From Candidatus Woesebacteria bacterium (lineage in GTDB: Bacteria > Patescibacteriota > Microgenomatia > UBA10105 > UBA927): 64,000 nt of DNA. Below, in pieces: positions 58,820 through 64,000 of the stretch. The notes beneath the pieces are model-generated. The model did no database searches and was not told the origin of the DNA. It saw nothing but the letters and a program-made list of their open reading frames with translations. Every line of letters starts with the position of its first letter. Positions within the stretch are counted from its first letter, which is position 1. The position numbers and the translations under genes are program-made. The stretch covers positions 27,506 through 91,505 of the forward strand of contig JBGALL010000001.1 of NCBI GenBank assembly GCA_044223895.1, in the 5' to 3' direction.

Positions 58820-60019
58820 TCAATGTGACTGGTTATACACCTCAAGAGCTTTTTTGAGAATTTCTACACAGCGTTGAAGTTTTGGTACCTCTATAACATA
58901 GGCTAATCTGACTTCGTGCTTCCCCAGGCCCTCAGTTCCATAAAATCCTGAAGCTGGAGCAAGCATAACTGTCTCATTCTGATCGCGAAAATCAGTGAGT
59001 AACCATTGGCAAAATGTATCACTATCATCTACTGGAAGGGTCACAATAGTATAGAATGCACCTTCTGGCTTAGGGATTTTTATTCCTGGAATGGTTCGTA
59101 GCCCTTCAAAGATAACATCCCTGCGGGTTTCGTACTCTTTCTGTACTGCCTGAGTATACGATTCGGGAACATCTTTGAGCTTAGCAGCCATCTTTTGTTC
59201 AATAAATCCAGAAGATAATCTACTTTGGCCTATTTTTAAAGCGCCAGTCATTAGCTGTTCATTTAATGAAACAAACACCCCAAGTCGAGAGCCACATAAA
59301 CTATATCGCTTCGACATACTGTCCAAGACGACTGCCCTATCTGGAATCTTTGGCATATAGTCCAGTAATGATATCTGCTTGTGACCATCATAGACAAATT
59401 CCCGATATACCTCATCTGAAAGTAAAAACAGATTATATTTTTTAGCTAAGTCAACTAACATTTCTATCTCTTGTTTAGTATATACAGTCCCCGTAGGGTT
59501 ACTGGGATTACAAAATAAGATTGCTTTAGTTTGAGGTGTAATGTAGGTTTCTAACACCTGCCGTGAAGGTAAATGGAATCCATTCTCAGCTGAAGTTGGA
59601 ACTGAAGTAAATTCAACCCCGTTGAGAACTGCAAAAGACTTGTAATTTGCATAAAATGGTTCAAAAACGATGACTTTTTCACCTGGATTACAAGTAGCAA
59701 ATAATGCCATCGATATTGCTTCTGATCCTCCTGAACTGACTTGAATATTTTTTGAACTCAAATAGGAATACCCTAAGGTATGGTAATACCATTCCAACGC
59801 AGCAATAAATTCAGGGTCGCCCTGAGATAGAGCGTAAGAAATGGTCTCTATATTCCAGTCTTTAAGAACCTCTAGCATCTGCGGAGGTGTTTTTATATCA
59901 GGGTCACCTATATTTAAGTGATACACCGTCACACCTTCTGATTTAGCTTTTTGTGCGTAAGGAATTAATTTTCTTATTGGTGAGGCAGGAAGTGTGTCTA
60001 TCCGACTGGAAAGATTCAT
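58820..60019 (-). CDS. PLP-dependent aminotransferase, class I/II (aspartate aminotransferase-like)
   Basis: PIRKL N-terminal motif, NPSNPTG, SMSKRYSLCGSRLG (PLP lysine). Confidence 0.9.
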   Translation of the reverse strand: MNLSSRIDTLPASPIRKLIPYAQKAKSEGVTVYHLNIGDPDIKTPPQMLEVLKDWNIETISYALSQGDPEFIAALEWYYHTLGYSYLSSKNIQVSSGGSEAISMALFATCNPGEKVIVFEPFYANYKSFAVLNGVEFTSVPTSAENGFHLPSRQVLETYITPQTKAILFCNPSNPTGTVYTKQEIEMLVDLAKKYNLFLLSDEVYREFVYDGHKQISLLDYMPKIPDRAVVLDSMSKRYSLCGSRLGVFVSLNEQLMTGALKIGQSRLSSGFIEQKMAAKLKDVPESYTQAVQKEYETRRDVIFEGLRTIPGIKIPKPEGAFYTIVTLPVDDSDTFCQWLLTDFRDQNETVMLAPASGFYGTEGLGKHEVRLAYVIEVPKLQRCVEILKKALEVYNQSH

Positions 60020-60852
60020 ATATGTTCTTTTATATACCTTTTTATAAAATCACGATATAACTTAAGCATTTTCTTGGTATTTTCCCCAACCATCCCTGTT
60101 CCTACTTGTTGGGTATCTATGCGCGTCACTGGCATTACCTCTTTATTTGAAGCAGTGATAAATATTTCTTGAGCTGACAAAAATTCCTTCACGGGTATAG
60201 TACGTTCCTCAACGGGAAATACGTTTTGGGCTAGTTCTATTACCTTCGTACGAGTAATCCCCCCAAGAATGTTCATGGCTGGAGTAACTAATTTATTTTC
60301 CTGAAAGATAAATACGTTACTGGTAGACGCTTCCAATATATTTCCTTGGTAATGATAGATAATTTCTCGAGCACCAATCTTTTGTTTCTCAGGAGTTAAG
60401 GCTATTGCAGTTAAATAATTTAAGGTCTTCGCTTCTGGAAATAACCGTAAATGCTCATACGTCATAACCGTAATTCCCTCACGATAGCTGGTGGAATCGT
60501 GTTGGGGAGAAGCTGGAGTAACCATAATATAAAAGGAAGGGTGAGTACTTGTCATTTGATCTTCACTTGGACCACCAGTAATTACTATTTTGATATGTGA
60601 CTCTGGGAAATTATTCTTTTTTAACAGGTCCAGGATCCATTGCTTTATTTGATCAAGAGTGTAGGGAACCGCAAGTTTCATGATCTTGGCAGTTCTCACC
60701 AGTCGTTCCAAATGTTCATCGAGGAGAAATGGCACGCCTTTATAGGTTCGGAGGTAATCAAAATATCCGTAACCACGGATAATCCCCAAGTCATTGAGAG
60801 GTAGGCCGGCAGTTTCAAATGGAACAACAGAGCCATTGAGGTTGCAAAACAT
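60016..60852 (-). CDS. Class IV aminotransferase (branched-chain / D-amino-acid aminotransferase family)
   Basis: GYGYFDYLRTY, EHLERL, ASTSNVF, GITR, ITASNKEVMPV. Confidence 0.85.
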   Translation of the reverse strand: MFCNLNGSVVPFETAGLPLNDLGIIRGYGYFDYLRTYKGVPFLLDEHLERLVRTAKIMKLAVPYTLDQIKQWILDLLKKNNFPESHIKIVITGGPSEDQMTSTHPSFYIMVTPASPQHDSTSYREGITVMTYEHLRLFPEAKTLNYLTAIALTPEKQKIGAREIIYHYQGNILEASTSNVFIFQENKLVTPAMNILGGITRTKVIELAQNVFPVEERTIPVKEFLSAQEIFITASNKEVMPVTRIDTQQVGTGMVGENTKKMLKLYRDFIKRYIKEHI

Positions 60853-60853
60853 A

Positions 60854-61564
60854 TTATGTTTTGAAGAATAATTCTTTCTTTATCTGGTGGTTAGGGACAC
60901 CTTTTTCTTCTAGTCGACTGTGCATTTCGTCTACCATTCGCCCACTACCACAGAGATAAAAATCACATTGCAATAGATCTGGTTCCTCGGTAAATATAAA
61001 ATCTGCGACATGGCCCTTTCTCCCCTGCCAGTTTTCTTGGGGTTGAGACAGAATTAATTTGTATTGAAATGATGGGTATTGCTTAGAAAGTTCTTCAAAA
61101 CGATCGTTCCAAAACATATCTTCTTCATGCCGTAGTCCAAAGTATAACGCAGCTGGCTTCATCACCCCTTTGGCAAGATATTCTTCTACTGCAGATTTAT
61201 ATGGGGCAACACCGGTACCGGTTGCCACAAAGATAGCTTTTCTCGGACTTTCCACATCATAGAGGAATACCCCTAACGGACCCATAAATTCAACGAGGTC
61301 GCCAACATTTTTGGACAATAACCACTGACACCCAGGTCCCATTGGGGAAATATCCCAACATAAGGTAATCTCTCCTTTTTCTGTTGGAGGAGAAGCGATA
61401 GACATTGACCGGTTAACTCCAGGGGAAATGTAGATCATAATCGTATGACCTACTTTATATTCCATTTCCACTGGATCAGTCAGTTTCAATCGAACATCAA
61501 ACACTTTGCTGGAAATTTTCTCTTTCTTAGAAAGAATTGCCTTAAACCGTGAAGGTCGAATCAT
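60854..61564 (-). CDS. Ferredoxin-NADP reductase-like FAD/NAD(P)-binding oxidoreductase
   Basis: RSMSIAS (RxYS-type FAD motif), ATGTGVAPY, YLCGSGRMV. Confidence 0.8.
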   Translation of the reverse strand: MIRPSRFKAILSKKEKISSKVFDVRLKLTDPVEMEYKVGHTIMIYISPGVNRSMSIASPPTEKGEITLCWDISPMGPGCQWLLSKNVGDLVEFMGPLGVFLYDVESPRKAIFVATGTGVAPYKSAVEEYLAKGVMKPAALYFGLRHEEDMFWNDRFEELSKQYPSFQYKLILSQPQENWQGRKGHVADFIFTEEPDLLQCDFYLCGSGRMVDEMHSRLEEKGVPNHQIKKELFFKT

Positions 61565-61665
61565 AGTGCTATTACCTTACCGCTAACTCTACCAAAATAC
61601 AACGTAGATAACACTAGCTCATCCTTTACGCTCAATACTAGAGATGATAGCCTACTACTAAGAGT

Positions 61666-62622
61666 ATGGAAGAACAGAATGATGATATACCACGAATGGG
61701 TAGTTTTGACGCTACTCCTGGCAAATTTCGTCCTTTATCAATTCAGGATATAGTTTCGAACGCCGCCGACAAAAGAGATCACGCAATTCTTCCTATTAAC
61801 CACAACGCCATTAGGCAAATTGTTGAGACAGGACTACACTCAGAAAATTTCCTCCATCCAGAAGATCTAGTAATTGGAAAAGATCGAGTTGGGATCGCAA
61901 AACGATTAGGAGGCAGAGAGAATAATCAGGATAATGTTTCTATCCAAAGGATTGTTGAAAGCAATGGCAATGACCTTGGGGAGACTCTCTACATAGTGGC
62001 TGATGGCATGGGAGGTCATCAACATGGTGAAGATGCTAGCCGCCTAGCTGTTATAGATATTTCTCGTCATTATCAGGAAAAAAGACAGAACGGTGAATCT
62101 GTCGACCGGGCATTACTTCAATCGTTTGAATTAGCAAATAAAACTATCATTGAAACTATTGGAGAAGAAAACGGCGGAACAACAGCAGTAGCTGTTGTTA
62201 TTGAGAATTCTGGGAAGTACAGCATTCTTAATATTGGAGATTCGCGAAGTTACCATATAAATCCTAATGGAATAACTCAACTTACTGAAGATGATACTCA
62301 AATAGCTAAATTGTTAAAGGAAAAGAAAATTTCTAAAGCAGATATAAAAGGACACCCAGATCAAGGAGTTCTCTTAAAAGCACTGGGATACGACAAACAT
62401 ATTGTTCCAAAGTTTACTCATGGAAAACTATTACAGGGACAACGTCTACTACTCTGTAGTGATGGCGTTAGTGGTGGTCTGGAAGAAGAAGAAATTTATG
62501 AAGCTTCGGCCTATCATACTTCCCCATCAGAACTTGCCAGAGATCTTACCAAAGCTGCAATCGATTTAGAGGGTGAAAATGCGGATAACACAACCGCAAT
62601 TGTGATCCAGAGATCTCAATAA
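61666..62622 (+). CDS. PP2C-family Ser/Thr phosphatase with ~90-aa N-terminal extension
   Basis: QDNV, ADGMGGHQHGEDAS, GDSRSY, LLLCSDGV, ADNTTAIVI. Confidence 0.9.
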   Translation: MEEQNDDIPRMGSFDATPGKFRPLSIQDIVSNAADKRDHAILPINHNAIRQIVETGLHSENFLHPEDLVIGKDRVGIAKRLGGRENNQDNVSIQRIVESNGNDLGETLYIVADGMGGHQHGEDASRLAVIDISRHYQEKRQNGESVDRALLQSFELANKTIIETIGEENGGTTAVAVVIENSGKYSILNIGDSRSYHINPNGITQLTEDDTQIAKLLKEKKISKADIKGHPDQGVLLKALGYDKHIVPKFTHGKLLQGQRLLLCSDGVSGGLEEEEIYEASAYHTSPSELARDLTKAAIDLEGENADNTTAIVIQRSQ

Positions 62623-62633
62623 ACCAACGTAAT

Positions 62634-63659
62634 TTAATCACTTTCACTTAACCACTTTTCCACATCCAGAGCTGCCATAGCACCAAATCCAGCAGCGGTT
62701 ATAGCTTGTTTATATCGTGCGTCATGAACATCCCCAGAAGTAAAAATTCCTGGGAACTTCGTTTTGGTGAAATATTTGGTTACACCATTTTCATCAAACT
62801 CTTCAACTCGCTTTAAATAGCCACGAGGATCTACATCAAATCCTTTTAAGAATTGAGTATTAGGTACGAGACCAATGGCTACGAAAACTCCCATTCGAGG
62901 CAAGATCCACTGATTCTTTCCAGCTTTGATACCGGAAAGTTCCAACACACCACCAAAAGCTTTTACTAATTCATTTAAATTTTTAACCCCTTGTTTAGGA
63001 GAGATTTCGGAAGTTTCTAATAACAATCCTCCTAAGGTTGGGTCACCGACGACATCAACAACTTTAGTGTTATATAGCAAACGAACATTCTTTTTCGCTT
63101 TTACTTTTTCTACCATCGCACTCTGCGCTCTAAATTCGTCCCGTCGGTGAATAAGAACAACATCCGAAGCAACGTTGGCTATGACTTGAGTTTCTTCCAT
63201 AGCGGTATCTCCCCCGCCGACAACGGCTACTGGCTTACCACGGAAGAAAAAGGCATCACAGGGTGCACAGGCTGAAACACCTTTACCACGTAACCGCTCT
63301 TCATTCGGAACACCTAACCATTTTGTGTCTGCTCCGGTAGCGATGATCACCGATTTCGCTTCTATACTGGTTCCGTCTTCTAAGGTAACTTTGAAAGGTC
63401 GTTTTGAAGGATTTAATTCTGTCGCCCACAGATCTCGAATCTCTACTCCTAAATGGGTAACATGATCTCGCATCTTTTGCATCAATTCTGGTCCCATGAT
63501 TTGACCCATTCCTGGAAAATTTTCTACATCAGTGGTGTTTTGTAATTGTCCACCCCAAGCTCTACCAGCAATTACCACAGTTTTTAATAAAAACCGCTGG
63601 CAATAGATTGCTGCCGTTAATCCAGAAGGACCAGAACCAATAATAATGACATCGTACAT
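62634..63659 (-). CDS. trxB: Thioredoxin-disulfide reductase
   Basis: IIIGSGPSGLTAA, redox centre SACAPCDAFFF, GGGDTAMEE, FTSGDV. The start is moved to ATG 63659. Confidence 0.9.
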   Translation of the reverse strand: MYDVIIIGSGPSGLTAAIYCQRFLLKTVVIAGRAWGGQLQNTTDVENFPGMGQIMGPELMQKMRDHVTHLGVEIRDLWATELNPSKRPFKVTLEDGTSIEAKSVIIATGADTKWLGVPNEERLRGKGVSACAPCDAFFFRGKPVAVVGGGDTAMEETQVIANVASDVVLIHRRDEFRAQSAMVEKVKAKKNVRLLYNTKVVDVVGDPTLGGLLLETSEISPKQGVKNLNELVKAFGGVLELSGIKAGKNQWILPRMGVFVAIGLVPNTQFLKGFDVDPRGYLKRVEEFDENGVTKYFTKTKFPGIFTSGDVHDARYKQAITAAGFGAMAALDVEKWLSESD

Positions 63660-63715
63660 ATTTATAAAAAGTATCAAAGCAAGACGGTATCACAGCAAGA
63701 ACTAAAACTCTGACA

Positions 63716-64000
63716 CTAGTTTAATAACTTATTTAACTCTCCCATCAATGTTTGTTTACTTTGAACACCGATAAACTGACGAATCATCTGTCCCTTATGA
63801 AATATCATCACGGTAGGAATAGACATAACATTAAATTGCATCGACATTTGAGGATTTTCATCAACATTAAGCTTTCCGACAATTGCCTTTCCTTCTAAAT
63901 CTTTAGCTATTTCTTCAACAATCGGTCCCTGGACTCTACAAGGTCCACACCATACTGCCCAAAAGTCTACTAAGACAGGTTTATCTGCCTTTAATACTTC
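63716..64000 (-). CDS. trxA: Thioredoxin (5' end beyond the window)
   Basis: My own translation of the minus strand: ..KPVLVDFWAVWCGPCRVQGPIVEEIAKDL..SIPTVMIFHKGQ..ELNKLLN, with stop TAG at 63718..63716. It is absent from the ORF track because it is truncated by the window edge. Confidence 0.85.
   Translation of the reverse strand, partial: EVLKADKPVLVDFWAVWCGPCRVQGPIVEEIAKDLEGKAIVGKLNVDENPQMSMQFNVMSIPTVMIFHKGQMIRQFIGVQSKQTLMGELNKLLN

Overview
This is an AT-rich, tightly packed bacterial window. Its content suggests a Candidate Phyla Radiation / Patescibacteria (Microgenomates-like) genome, but that assignment is inference. The supporting traits are many ArnT/PMT-like polytopic membrane proteins, a short 4-domain S1, an intron-containing 23S rRNA with no 16S upstream, and very few Shine-Dalgarno sites.

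Regions 0-27 kb and 30.8-45 kb form an envelope-glycosylation super-cluster:
- about 13 GT-C-like membrane protein loci;
- lipid-linked sugar-donor synthases (two GT2 enzymes and one UbiA-type phosphoribosyltransferase);
- a radical SAM enzyme, four SAM methyltransferase domains, SDR epimerases, a split transketolase, an ATP-grasp enzyme and HAD enzymes.

The rest of the window holds:
- two tandem tRNA-Ala genes and a LysM-M23 peptidase;
- Rho with a long N/G-rich N-terminal extension;
- two tandem Ser/Thr kinases;
- an 892-bp ORF-free region between convergent genes;
- a PIN/TRAM (YacL-like) protein, a Cys-rich secreted protein and RadA;
- a tandem double-SET protein and S1;
- a tRNA-Ala-23S-5S operon with a 326-nt group I-like intron in the peptidyl-transferase centre;
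- two aminotransferases, an FNR-like reductase, a PP2C phosphatase, TrxB and a partial TrxA.

The best candidates for an undescribed system are two modules that appear to feed the GT-C paralog array. One is the 38.5-45.0 kb module resembling the decaprenyl-phosphoarabinose pathway (a lipid-linked pentose donor). The other is the 1.2-10.4 kb radical-SAM / methyltransferase / transketolase sugar-tailoring module. All family calls come from motif recognition by eye; no searches were run.
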